30,637 nt of DNA from NCBI RefSeq assembly GCF_004010195.1, contig NC_057718.1:24924008-24954644 (forward strand), written 5' to 3'. The position numbers and the translations under genes are program-made. The notes beneath the pieces were generated by a model. The model did no database searches and was not told the origin of the DNA. It saw nothing but the letters and a program-made list of their open reading frames with translations. Below are positions 11,690-23,395 of the stretch, one piece after another (position 1 is the stretch's first letter; every line of letters starts with the position of its first letter). Origin of the DNA: Chiloscyllium plagiosum. Lineage: Eukaryota.

Positions 11690-12000
11690 TCTCATCCTTC
11701 CTTCTATCTATTACATCTCCCAGCCCTCCAAGTCTTATGATCACCATGCTCCTGCAATTCTGGCCACTTGCACATTCCCAAATTTAATCACTTGCCATTA
11801 GCATCCATACCTTCAACTGCATAGCTTCTGAAATTTTACCGATAACTGCTCACTCTATCCACAATGGTTCTCTTCTTAGCTCCTCCTTAAACATAACTCT
11901 TTGGCCAAGCTTTAGGTCATCTGTCTTAAAATGTCCTTATTTAATGACAAACTTGTTTGGTAATAGTCATCTAAAGCACCTTATGCTATGTTACTACAGT
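11690..12000 (+). mobile_element. Old L2 LINE 3' end
   Basis: TTTAATCACTTGCCATT...CCTTCAACTGC...CTCTTTGGCCAAGCTTTAGGTCATCTG...AAAGCACCTT resembles the L2 3' ends at 7665 and ~15900. Confidence 0.65.
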
Positions 12001-12612
12001 CTTTTGGTAGCACAACACTTGAACATTGCTTTTAAAAAATGACATTATATTGTAGCCTCTCATCTTGCATTCATCAGAACAATTACCTAATTTCACTGGT
12101 CAATGTAGGCATGGGATTCCTACAGTTCCAAGTATTATTAAGATTGGCTTTCCAGACTTCCTTTAAAATAAGGTTCCAAATCATTTGTTCACTGTGCAAA
12201 CTGAATATTAAAATAAAATACATTGAAGATGTCTTGCAAGAGAATGGCTATTCTGATCAGATCATTCTTCAATGTATGTTATGCAAAATCATAATTTTGG
12301 CCCGAGGCTTTCACCTTTGATCTTGAAACGTGCCTCGTCTACCTCGTTTATCCATGAGTGAAGCCAGCTGTTTCACGCTGCCACTATGCACTAGCAACAA
12401 AAGCGGTGCTCACCACTGTGGCAGTATAACACTAGATATATCGGCTAAACATCGCAAAGACTGGCAGATTGAATCAAACAGCATTTTTATTTAGTTGCTT
12501 GCAACAAACAAGGCACTGACTGTACCCAACTAGCCTGTGACTGCAAATCTCATGTCCAACATTTTATGAGATTCTGCAGTTAGACAACATTTGCTAAATA
12601 ATCCTACAGATG

Positions 12613-12715
12613 GTGTAGCACTTCACAGGAGGCTCCCAAGCACTGAGGATGTCACCTAGACAGGGGACGAAACGTTTGCAACAAAAACTTCCAGCTCGGC
12701 GAACAGAACCACAGC
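12613..12715 (+). mobile_element. 103-bp insertion carrying an intact minimal hammerhead, with 13-bp TSD
   Basis: TSD AATCCTACAGATG at 12600-12612 and 12716-12728. Retains CpGs, so it is probably young. Confidence 0.92.
12640..12679 (+). ncRNA. Minimal type I hammerhead ribozyme with intact core
   Basis: Stem I GCA/TGC; CTGAGGA (12643-12649); extra T; stem II GTC-A-CCT-AGAC-AGG-G-GAC; GAAAC (12669-12673); loop-less palindromic stem III ACGT; NUH triplet GTT (12674-12676). Confidence 0.85.
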
Positions 12716-14869
12716 AATCCTACAGATGAAGAATTCACTAGCAAGCAATTTATGACTGTCACTTGGGTTCACAGTATGATGCACTTTCATGGACTACAAG
12801 TTACACCCAGTAACACACAGGACCCTACTCTTTCCAGACTGAAAGAATAGATACACACGCTGAGCCTGTTTCAACTCAACAAAATAGGTAACAACCATCA
12901 CTGGCTCATTTCTCAGGGAAATGTATTATCCAATCAGAATTCCCTACCTAGTTTAGAATGTAAACAAAGCTTGGGAGTTAATTGTCAGTTGTTGCTACCT
13001 AATGCAATCTCCATGACAAGGTCTCTACATAAGAGTTCACTTGCCAGCCAATCAGTGCTCTTCTCTCAAACACTATAAGTGGTTTCCCTTCACATGGGTA
13101 TTTCTTACAAATTGTCTTGATGAGTGCAAGATGAAAATGTTGCAACAAAACACATTTTTTTCAGCAATACTTTACTATTTTATGAGGTGCTGTATAAGCA
13201 CAAAGTTATTGTTATTCTGAACTGAATGAAAACTCATTGTCTTGGTTGCATGGGGGAGCACATGCATTTCAAAATCTTTCAGCAGATGGTGGAACTACAA
13301 GGAGCATCAATTGTTCCTAAGTTTCTGTTTCAGGGGCTTGCAGGAAATGCAACCATTGTTGTTATAATGATAAATGAATTGAAATCAAGTCACAAAATAG
13401 GCCAGTGGTAACAAAGGCTGAAATGAAACCAGACCACGGTGGAAGAAATGCACATGTTCTCTGTGCAGCCTATGTGATTGGTACAGCTTTTCACTTTTAA
13501 CCATGTTTAGCTTTTTGGCCAGTGTCAGTGCCTCAAGTGTAATGTTAACTCATGGTTGAAGATCTCATGCTTCACATTTCCCCCATCTTGACAATTTTGC
13601 CTTCTCTGTAACTTCCTTCTGGTAAAACAGAAGTGCAATGTGCCAAGAAATTTTTAGCCAACCTTCTATTTTATGAAGTAACCACTTATCGCTATTATTT
13701 GAATTGACAAACTGCTCACTCCAATCTGACTGCTCTGATGCACACTCACTAATTTGCTGCTGTGAAAACCTAAAAAGTGCCAGGAAGACTACAAAAACAT
13801 CACAACTGCTGCTTTTGTCTCCAGAAGAATGAATTCAACAACTGACTGTGTGATTCATTCCTAAAGCTTTATCCTCCTGAAAATACAATCAAATTGGATA
13901 AAGATTTCAGCCACGGCTAATTAATCTCTTGCTGGTGGTATTGTGCCTTTTCTTAAAAATAATTATAGTGTTCTGATCTTAGCTGTCAGGACTACCATTA
14001 GATTTGAAGCCAGATAATGTCACACTCTCAGATGCAATTTGATTAGATTCACATGTTTTTTTCAGTCTGTGCTTAACCTATGACAACCTCCATTTCGATC
14101 TATACTATTTGCAGTCTCTCCATGGCTAATTTTGCTTCCCGGGTTCAAACACACAATTTTATTCTTTGAAATAACTTTTTCAAAGTTGTCATGTACAAAA
14201 TTCAAGCAGAAAACTTGAAACAAATTGAAAAATGTTATGTTCTGTTCCTTCTTTAGCTTTTAAAATAATTAATATGCATTGAGGATAACTAGTGAAATGT
14301 AATCAAAGAGACCATAATTAAATAAATAATTATATTGCTATATTTATATAGCTGTTCATTTTGTAGCTTCTCAGCAAGTCCTTTGTACCAAGGTGCACCA
14401 GCCTTTCTCCCATTTTGGATTCCTTTGTTATTGCAAACTGCAGTTAATGGGTTTGCAGTTGCTTGGTGATCAGGAGGAAAGGTTTCAGCACAAGGTCTTG
14501 CAACAAATTTCCTACAAGTTGAACTTGCTCTGCTATGCCAAATATTTCAGCTGTCAGTAGATAAATTTCATCACAGCAAATTACAACTCAACAGTTATAC
14601 AGCCCTGAGTCTTAAACCATGAACTCTGTGATTAAAAAAAACCAGCATTGCCCATAATTTTGCAAAATATGTATAACATGCATGCTCAAATCTGTCAATT
14701 AAATACCCAACTCAGGACAGAAGCAGAAAATAAGCTGAGAACATGGTCCAGGCTGAACTAGGACATGCAGGAAACAAGGATGATTCCTGCAGATGAAATA
14801 AGCCTAATATTTCAACACATTGTCAACTTCAAAATTACACAATTTCATTACACAATTTCATGACATCAA

Positions 14870-16145
14870 AAACAGAGTGACTGTGATGAAGGTAAATTGT
14901 CCCACTCATCGCCTCGATTTGCCTGCAGCTTTTGAAGCAGTTGATCACAGCATCTTGTTTATTGCCACTTCCTTTTGAGCAGCTCTTGCACTGCCTAATT
15001 CTAACCTTGGCTACCTAATCATAGTCAGAGAATCACCATAAATGGTTTCTCTTCACGCTCCTGTCTGCAGGTACCTTATCCTTCTCATATTTCTCATCTG
15101 CTCCCCAATGATTTCATTTAAAATCCCAATGCCTCACTACCTCAATCCACCATTAGATTGCCATTCAGTGCTAGATGAGCAGAACTTTCCAACCATTAAA
15201 TATTGAGAAAGCTAAAGCCATTTTTTAAAGCTATCTTGGGAACTCAGATTCCATCCTGCTACGTTCCAACTCTCTGAGTCTGAATCATAATGTTTGTAAC
15301 TCTGTTGTCATATCTAACCCCAAGATGAGCTTTCAATCACATATATTCTTGATGATACTAACTACGTCTACTCTCATAACTTCACCCCACTCTCAACCTG
15401 CCTTAGCTCATCTGCTGTTGAAATCCTCATCCACAGGTATTTACTGATCTCCAAAGATGTACAGGTTCAAGTCAGATGGTGAAATACAAAACAAGGCAAA
15501 TCTTTTCCTTGGTTGTGAGTTTATTCACAAGATGCAGCCATATAGATATCCGCCACTGAGCTACAACCTCAGTGCCCAAGCCACTTAAACATACGTAGTC
15601 AAACAATGCCTGTCCCTGTACAGTTTTAACAATTAATCAACAAGCCATCAACATTACATGTTCTAATATCTGTAAATTTAAGATCATGAAATCTGCTGTC
15701 TGTATCCTTTCTATGTTCTATGTTCTAGCTCACATCAAATCCTGTTCACCCATTATACGTATTGACCTGCAATGACTCCTGTTTAAGTAATGCCTTAATA
15801 TTAAAAGTTGCATCCTTGTTTACAAATCACACCATGGCCAACCCCTTTATGCCCCTGTAATTCTCTCCAGCTCTACAATCATCTGAGGCACATGCACTCC
15901 TCTATATCTGTCTTCTTGTGTATCTTAAATTTTAATTGCTTCTTTGATGTTGGCCATACCTTCAGCCAACTAGTCCCAAGCTCTGGAATTCCCTTCTTAT
16001 ACTTACCACCTCTGTACCTCCTTTGAGAGACTACTTCAAACCCACCTCTTTAACCAACATTTGATCATCTGCATTAGATGCACCTTACTGTCATCATTTG
16101 TTTTATAATGCTTCCACAACATAACTATATAAATACAATTTGTTG
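14870..16145 (+). mobile_element. L2 LINE (RT through 3' tail), decayed
   Basis: DCDEGKLS...LDLPAAFEAVDHSIL (LDLSAAFDTVDH motif), LNIEKAKAI, LSSSAVEILIH, and tail CTATATAAATACAATTTGTTG. Confidence 0.85.
15458..15658 (-). mobile_element. ~200-bp insertion in L2, possible solo LTR
   Basis: Interrupts L2 collinearity. TGTA...TACA termini and a minus-strand AATAAA (TTTATT at 15520-15525). TSD is ambiguous. Confidence 0.4.
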
Positions 16146-16950
16146 TGCTACAGTTGCAATTTCTAGTTGATATTTTCAGATAAGTAATGGGAAAAAAAAT
16201 ACAGTAAAGCAACTAGTTCTTTCAAACAAATAGAATACCTTTAATCAAAGAGGCATGTTGCATATGGTTTGTGGTACTTAGTGTTTTCGATCTTGACCCA
16301 AACTCCAAGTGATGATGCTGTTTTAACTGGTTGCTAGCAGAATTTTGAGACTGGCCCATATTGCCTTCTCAAATTCATTTAGAAAAGTTATTTACATTTG
16401 ATAGCCATTTCCCCAACTGGATGCGACATTTTAAACCAACTGTCAGCTCAAAAGAGTAGTTTGAAGAATAGGCTACCTCATACAACAAAGTTGTATGAAG
16501 TGAATTTTAGACCTTGAAAGTATGGAAGCTACACAGCATGAGACTTTCTAAAGGTAAGGTCAATAATTCTGTCAGTTTTGTTTATATGAAAGTGATGTAC
16601 TTTGATGTTAATTTTCTTGCAACATCAAAATATAGACATCCACAAGCATGTTAGATTTCACTTCACTGGACACACTTAAATCATTAATAAGGCTTTAGAC
16701 ATCAACTTGTACAGTATATATTATTATTGAAATAAAGTCTCAATTTGTATGTATTTTTGGGATATTGTTAAGGATGCCTTTAAGTGCAAAATGCTGCAAA
16801 GTAATCTTACGAAACAACATGTGAAGTTATAGGTTGGACCCACTTTGCACATTTGAGTTCAAGTGACCCTAACATTATAAGTAAACAGAAGGAATGACTA
16901 ATGCTGATTGGGTGGAAGAGTGGCCTATAGATGGATCCCCAGTCAAAACA

Positions 16951-17178
16951 GCACAATTTAAGATCAGATACTTGTGGGTAAAGCATAAACACTCTTTCCA
17001 TTAGTCAAGAATTACATATATTGGGCACAACTTAAGGTTAGATTGTTGTGGGGATGCCAGAGTCACTCATCTCATTGGTCACGAACTGTAAATATTCGAT
17101 ACAAATTAAGGTTAGTTTATTATGGGGAAGCCAAGAGTATTCTTCCCATTGGTCAAGAATTGCAAATATTTGATTACA
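16951..17178 (+). repeat. Degenerate 74-bp tandem repeat, ~3 copies
   Basis: GCACAATTTAAGATCAGAT (16951), GCACAACTTAAGGTTAGAT (17025) and ATACAAATTAAGGTTAGTT (17099). Each is followed by a GGG run and CATT(A/G)GTCA(A/C)GAA. Confidence 0.85.
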
Positions 17179-17241
17179 GTTGTTAGCTGTGTTGAGGCAG
17201 GTCTACATACTTGGACCAGATGTTGTAAAAGCTACCTGCAT

Positions 17242-17363
17242 TGGGCTCTCTTGTGATGCAGTAGTGAGGTCCCTACCCCTGGTCTAGGAGGTGTGGGTTC
17301 AAGTCCCACCTGTTCCAGTGGTGTGTAATAACATTGCTGAGCAGGTTGATTGGGAAAAATAGT
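17242..17363 (+). mobile_element. Short (~120 bp) tRNA-derived SINE with 16-bp TSD
   Basis: A-box-like TGATGCAGTAG and B box GGTTCAAGTCC. TSD TAAAAGCTACCT(G/A)CAT at 17226-17241 and 17364-17379. Confidence 0.85.
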
Positions 17364-18067
17364 TAAAAGCTACCTACATATTCAATTGTATGAGAAAGCA
17401 CTTCCAGATATTAAACAATAAATAATTTGTCCCCTTTAACTCCTTTTTTATTTAATCCCTCCCTTCCCTACACTGGTTATTGTTGGGCTGCCCTTCATTG
17501 GTAGTGCTTGTGAATTGCTCTTTTAATTAGTAACATAAATTATTTGGTGGAGGTGCATTAAAAATATTTAGAGGTGTATAATAATATCACTGAACAGAAA
17601 ATAAATAAATAAATGGTATTCTGGAAAATGAATACAAAATTAAGGGTGCAACATTGAGATTGTTGCACTTTACAAGAGATAGTAGTTGTCACAAGACACA
17701 TGCCGGGAGCCATTTTTCAGGAGGGATGGGGAGAGTTTACAAAATGTCAACCCTTGGTGACTTCATCCAAAGTCAGCTTCATCATGTTGACTAAGCACAC
17801 TCAGTTTTATTTATTGCCTCCACCTCCCAAGCCCTTAACCCTCTGTTGTCAGATCATTTTCTATGACATCCAACCACCTATAAGCCATTGCTTCTGCCAT
17901 TTTAAAGCAGTTTATGGCAGGGGTGAAGACTTTATAATCTTGCCACCAACTTCATCTTCTGCTATCACCGTCTCAGATTAAACCAGTCTTGTTAAACCCT
18001 TGGCTTCTTATCTGACTCTAAGCTAAGTTCCTGGTCCCACAGCCTATCTATTATCAACCTGCCAGGC

Positions 18068-18840
18068 TTCAAGTAAGATGGCGGTGGAATAGGGCTTCTG
18101 GACCTGGGGCTCCTCTGCTCCATCTGGTTTCCTTTTCACTTCTTTTCATTTCTCTAGTTATTTTGTCTCTTTAATTTATTTTACTAAGCTTTTGATGGAC
18201 AGCTTGGTGGGCCCAGCACAGACTTGTGGCAGCGACGTTGGAGGTGAGTTTGGCTTCCTAGCAGCTTCTGCATCAACAAGGCGGTCCCAGCACCGACTCT
18301 TGGCTGATGCTGCAGATGCGACTTTGGGTTCCCAGCAGCGACTGCGTCCATTACAGGTTCAAGGAGGGAGTGGAGGAGGCGAGTTTGGGCCCAATACTAT
18401 ACTCAGCGGCATTGACAGTGCCTGCATCAGAGAACTGGGCCTAAGGCAAATTCAGGGAGGCAATGGAGTTGAGCTTGGGCCCAGTGCAGTACGAGGCAGC
18501 ATTGGTGACGTCTGTACTGGTGAGGTCCAGCGAGGACTCATAGTGGCGAGGGCGTTGGTAGAGTTGAGATGGCACTAAAGAGTGGCAGCAGCACAGGATT
18601 CATGCCTGGCCACAGGCCCATGGCCCATGGTGGAGCACCTAATAACAAGGACTATAAAGTTGAACACCTTTTCTTTCTTTCTTCATTTTTCTGCCTCTAT
18701 AGTCTACATTTTCATTTATTTTCCTGTGTTTTAAGGTAGCTCTGGAGAGTGGTGACGCAATACGACACTTATCGCTATTTCTAACAAGATGCTGTATTTC
18801 TAACAAGATACATGTGACAACTAATAAACCAAATCAAATC
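18068..18840 (+). mobile_element. Non-autonomous retroposon: YY1-motif 5' end, GC-rich body, Rex1-type 3' tail
   Basis: Starts near AAGATGGCGG and ends TACATGTGACAACTAATAAACCAAATCAAATC. No RT or endonuclease motif in its 128-aa ORF. Has a small tandem duplication TATTTCTAACAAGAT. Confidence 0.7.
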
Positions 18841-18943
18841 TTTCTTTTCTGTAACACTGTCCAACACGACCAATACTTATCTGCTTTTGTCGCATCCAGA
18901 CTCAACTATTCCAATGCTATCCTGGACTGCCATCTTTCAACTT

Positions 18944-19465
18944 AACATAGAACATAGAACATAGAACATTACAGCGCAGTACAGGACCTTTGGTCCTCGA
19001 TGTTGTGCCGTCCTGTCATACTAATCTGAAGCCCATCTCACCTACGCTATTCCATGTACGTCCATATGCCTGTCCAATGATGACTTAAATGCACTTAAAC
19101 TTGGCGAATCTACTACCATTGCAGGCAAAGCATTCCATACCTTTACTACTCTCTGAGTAAAGAAACTATATCTGTCTTATACCTATCTCCCCTCACTTTA
19201 ACGTTGTGTCCCCTTGTGTTTGCCATCCCCATACTTGGAAAAAGGCTCTCCCTGTCCACCCTATCTAACCTTCTGATTATCTTGTATGTGTCTATTAAGT
19301 CACCTCTCAACCTTCTTCTCTCTAATGAGAACAGCCTCAAGGCCCTCAGCCTTTCCTCGTAAGGCATTCCTTCCATACCAGGCAACATTCTAGTAAATCT
19401 CCTCTGCACCCTTTCCAAAGCTTCCACATCTTTCTTGTAATGCGGTGACCAGAACTGTACACAAT
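18944..19465 (-). mobile_element. 5'-truncated CR1 LINE 3' end with (CTATGTT)n tail
   Basis: YCVQFWSPHYKKDVEALERVQRRFTRMLPGM...YEERL..LFSLERRRLRGDLI...TRGH; (AACATAG)x3 at 18944-18964. Confidence 0.96.
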
Positions 19466-19763
19466 AAACTTGCAAAAACTTTAGCCAAAACTCTGTTGTT
19501 TTTCTCATATCTTACTTCAAGTCCCAATCACCCATCACACTTGATGCCATAAACCAGCATTGGTTCTCTATTCCCCAACTCCTCAACTTTGAATTATTTG
19601 GCCTTGAGTTTAAAATCCATATTGTCCTCACATCCCTCCACAACTGTCTCATTTCAGCTCACTAAACATTGCTCCTTTAAACTACCTGTTTTTGGTCATT
19701 TGTAATGATGTCTACTTCTTTAGCTCTGTGTCAAAGTTTGGTGATTATATACATATGGGATTG

Positions 19764-20912
19764 CATAGAGTCACAGGGTCTACAGCACCCTTTGGGTTTC
19801 TCCCTCAACCACCTTTATAGGCAGTGAGGATCCCTATCCAGACCCTACCACCCTCCTGCTGAAAAGAAATTGCTTAATTCCCCTCTAAACCTCCTGCCCC
19901 ATCTAGATTGATCCCTTTATCAAGGGGAAAAAGTCTTTCCATCTACACTATGTTCCTCATAATTTTATGTGCATAATTTTTTAACAACAACGTCACCTCT
20001 GCTTCAAGGAAAATAACCCCAGTCTATCTAAACTCTCTTCATAACTGAAACACTCCTGCCGAGGCAACATCCTGGTAAATCTCCTCTGCACCCCCTCCAG
20101 TGCAATCACACCCCACCTATATGTGAATTCGAGAACTGCACATAATACTCTAGCTGTGGGCAAACTAACACTTTTTTTTATACAGGCCCAGTATTACCTC
20201 CCTGTTCTTAAATTCCATGCCTCGGCTAATAAAGGCAAGTACCCCACATGCCTCTTTAACCATTTATCTACATGCCCCATTACTTTCAAGGACCAGTGGA
20301 CATGCACATCAAAGTCCCTCTGATCCAGTGTCATACATTGTCTTGCCTTGTTTGTTCTACCCAAGTGTATTACCTCCCTCTTAGACAGTTTGAATTTCAT
20401 TTGTTATTGATCATCCCATTTGAGTAGCCCTAAATCCTCTTGTAATGTAAGCATATCTTCCTCATTATTTATCAACCTGCCAACTTTCATATCATCCATG
20501 AATGTACTGATAAACCCTTCTACATTCAAGTTTAAATCATTTATATATATGACAAGCAGCAAGGGTCCCAAAACAAATTTGTGCAGAACCTCATGGGACA
20601 CATGCTTCCAGTCATAAAAACACCCACGACCATCATCCACTGTTTTCTGATACTCAGCTAATTCTATATTCAATTTTCATATTTCCTTTGCTTCCCATAG
20701 GGTCTTACCTTCTCTATCAGTTTGCAATGTGGAACCTTAACAAAAGACGTGTTGAAGTCCAAGTGGACTATGTCAAATGCATTGTCCTCATCAATACATC
20801 TGGTTAAAAAAAATCAGTCAAGTTGGTCAGATATGACCTCCCCTTAACAATACCATGTCAACTATTCTTGATTAGTTCCTGCCTCTTCAATTGTAAGTTA
20901 ATTCTGTCCCTC
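19764..20912 (-). mobile_element. CR1 LINE RT and 3' end, decayed
   Basis: VLGPLLLVIYINDL...ISTFMDDMKVG (FADDTK), MKFKLSKREVIHLGR, and D.VHLDFNTSF upstream. Confidence 0.93.
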
Positions 20913-21488
20913 TATATTTAAATATTCTTGTTGGTGTTGTTATTGGTCCCAATCACAAACAAGAGGGATAATAGAATGTAATCTCCAAAATATTAACAAA
21001 TTTTTCTGAAAGCAATAGAGAGAAATTTCATCTAAATTTATTCTGTCACCAAACTCAATGGGTATGAATTTTATTTACAGCAAGCTTTACATAATTCATA
21101 AAGACAATGTGAATTGAAAATATAAAGGATTACAGGTTAAAAAACTCCTATTAGCATTTTATAATGTATGGGCCTGAGCGATACTACTGGCTATATAATT
21201 TGGCTGCAGCCTTAGGTGGCATTACAATTGTTACTTAATTCTGATTTTGTTAGTTTTGACGTTATTTTGCTTTTTTGAGACACAAAATTAAGTGCCCCTT
21301 TTTGAACACATATCCCTATTTTGAAAGATTGATTAATGTTAGGCGATTAATTTGCTTAAATTTGGGACCATTATAGTTTGAATTGAGAAAAAGCATTACA
21401 ACAAAATTCCATTATTCTATCATGACAATATTAAAGTTATAAGTGAGTATTTGGAAATAGCCACAGAAGTAATATATCATTGTTACAG

Positions 21489-21691
21489 ATAAAGCAGAAA
21501 AGCATGTTAATTATTGTTTTTACAATTCCAACAAGTTAGCTCTTACTACTAAAGGCCACAGCCCTGAAGAGGTATTTTGAGTTGCATATGGCAATGAACA
21601 TAAATATATTGTTCGTGGTAACACAAGATTCAGCCCAGAAGGAGTCAAATGGGATGGGGGCAATTCGATTCATACCGGTTTCCAGCAAAAC
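21489..21691 (+). pseudogene. Candidate exon with a single in-frame TGA (LamG/ConA-like start)
   Basis: TTGTTACAG acceptor and AAC|GTAAGT donor. Reads KAEKHVNYCFYNSNKLALTTKGHSPEEVF*VAYGNEHKYIVRGNTRFSPEGVKWDGGNSIHTGFQQN, with TGA at 21578-21580. Confidence 0.45.
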
Positions 21692-22852
21692 GTAAGTGGT
21701 ATGATATTAACACATTGCATAACACTGACAATCTGCAGAGTTCAAGCAAACATCCTGATACAGCTTTGTCAGATACAGTTAAAAGGTTCAACGGGTAGGT
21801 GGATGTCAAGCAGAAAGGGAAGGGGCCTTATTTGGGTTAGCAGTGATCCGTAGTACTTCTGTAATGACTTCACTGAAATCAAACTACAAGTGATTTACTT
21901 TGTCGGACTGCTCTCCAACTTGTTAGACCAGTGAAGGCGAAGAACAGTAGAATTGAGCACATATAGATGAAAAACAGTAGGCACGTTTAAGGAACCTACA
22001 TAACCCTTGTTTCAAGAAGACATCTTGCATATCTAGAGCACACAAACCTCCAACTGGACAGGACCCCCCTCCTGGAGACAATTAGTGCAGTGACTCCACG
22101 ATGATAATTTTTGTGTCCACAGTGAATGGAACTAAGCAGCACAAATAGGGCACTGATGTATGGATCTCAATGCAACCTTTTGAAGGCAGGTGGAAACATA
22201 ACAGCACTGGCAGCCAGTCCTTCCAGTCTCAAGGACATCACTCTCTTAGCAGAAAGCTGCATTCACTGGCACGTTTCTAACACAGGAGCACATCAGACTT
22301 GACATTTTATGCCACTCAAGCAGCGCTGACCTGCCTCCTTGCAGTCGCCTTCTCTGAGTTGCTGATAAGCAGAGAGCCTGTGCAATACTAATAAAATATC
22401 CCAAAAGTGTGTAAACTGCTGGTAATTGCACCTTTGTCAACCTCAGTGGCTCAGCAGCATGGATTTGCAGAATGCGAAGACTGGTCCCACCTTAACGCTG
22501 GGAAAACTGGCCAGAGGTGGCACAGAATAAGTTGTCAAACTGTCCCAACACATTTCTTCCAATGGAGGCCAAAGAGCTGGGAAAACTCCTCCCTACAGCT
22601 TCATTTCTCTCCCTGTGTTTTACTCTGTTCAGGATTTATTTTACCTGCTGAACATTTCACTATAACCAAAAAGCAGATTTAACAGATGGGGTTGTTAATT
22701 CTGTGAAGAGTGGACAACAAAGTACAAAATATTTCAGCTATCTCATCATAGCTGCTAAAACTTGATAGTAACTCATTAGCTACTTCTCTTTGCCACAATA
22801 TTTCCAGAATGGGATTGCACACTCTTTTCACCTTAGTCATACTACAGATGGT

Positions 22853-22968
22853 AACAACAAAAAGTGCTAGAGAAACTCAGCATGTCTGGCAATATCTGTA
22901 AGAAAGTCAGAGTTAACTTCTCATGACAGTTAATTGACAGTCATGAACAGCATGACTGCTTCAGAACT
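22853..22968 (-). mobile_element. Degenerate, rearranged hammerhead-family PLE terminus
   Basis: Reverse complement TTCTGAAGCAGTCATG...GTTAACTCTGACTTTCTTACAGATATTGCCAGACATGCTGAGTTTCTCTAGCAC. Same tail as 9541-9610. Confidence 0.72.
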
Positions 22969-23254
22969 GGAAGTCCTGAAATCATCTTGAATTGGAAAGG
23001 GTTTTAGCAGACAGCTTATTCATTGTAATTCATTGTAAAAATTAAACCCCACATTTTGCCACAGTCACTTCCAGGTTCCCGTCCCAGAATTGTGTCAGGG
23101 AGTGCTCCAAGCAAGAAAGATTCAGATTCATGTGATGTTATGGACATCACATAACCAGACTCATCATTCATAAATTGCCTCTTCTTTCCATCAGTCAGCG
23201 AATATCTTCATCCCTAAGCAGTGTTATCTTCAGTACCCATAATTCATAAACCTT

Positions 23255-23395
23255 CTGTAAACCTGGTCTCAACCTTCTCCAAGGCTTCCCCGAGTGTGAT
23301 CCACATTATTGGATATAGTAGTGCAGCTGAGACCTAACCAATAATTTTTAAAAGTTTTGCGTAACCTCCTTGTTTTTTGAACTCCATGCTTTTAT
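23255..23395 (-). mobile_element. Old CR1 fragment
   Basis: Minus-strand LVRSQLHYYIQ and ALEKVETRF-like motifs. Confidence 0.55.

Larger units (their letters stand above)
12170..13170 (+). mobile_element. Second, highly decayed Penelope-like element (RT thumb, GIY-YIG, terminal hammerhead relic)
   Basis: LQENGYSDQII (NGYP motif); YIG*TSQRLAD*IKQH at 12437-12484; DSAVRQHLLNNP; terminal TTGATGA-GTGCAAGAT-GAAA (13117-13136). Confidence 0.82.
17750..19760 (+). mobile_element. L2 LINE broken into three pieces (~17750-18062, 18841-18943, 19465-19760) by two later insertions
   Basis: Collinear L2 motifs PLGDFI..., AFVASRLNYSNAIL and CACCCATCAC...CATTGG resume across the insertions. Confidence 0.75.

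Noticed and set aside
16405..16553. Exon candidate ending AAG|GTAAGG
   Set aside because: The best frame has two stops in ~50 codons and no recognisable motif, and its phase does not match the 21489 segment.
16951..17178. CRISPR-like regular spacing
   Set aside because: Whole units are homologous, with no unique spacers and no cas genes, in a vertebrate context.
18192..18578. 128-aa ORF as a host gene
   Set aside because: Lies wholly within a GC-rich repeat body, has a non-ATG start and no domain motif.
21578..21580. In-frame TGA as selenocysteine
   Set aside because: No redox motif context or recognisable SECIS. CpG decay of CGA is simpler, and other candidate exons also carry stops and frameshifts.
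21900..22500. Second Harbinger-like relic
   Set aside because: Too degenerate; no continuous diagnostic motif.
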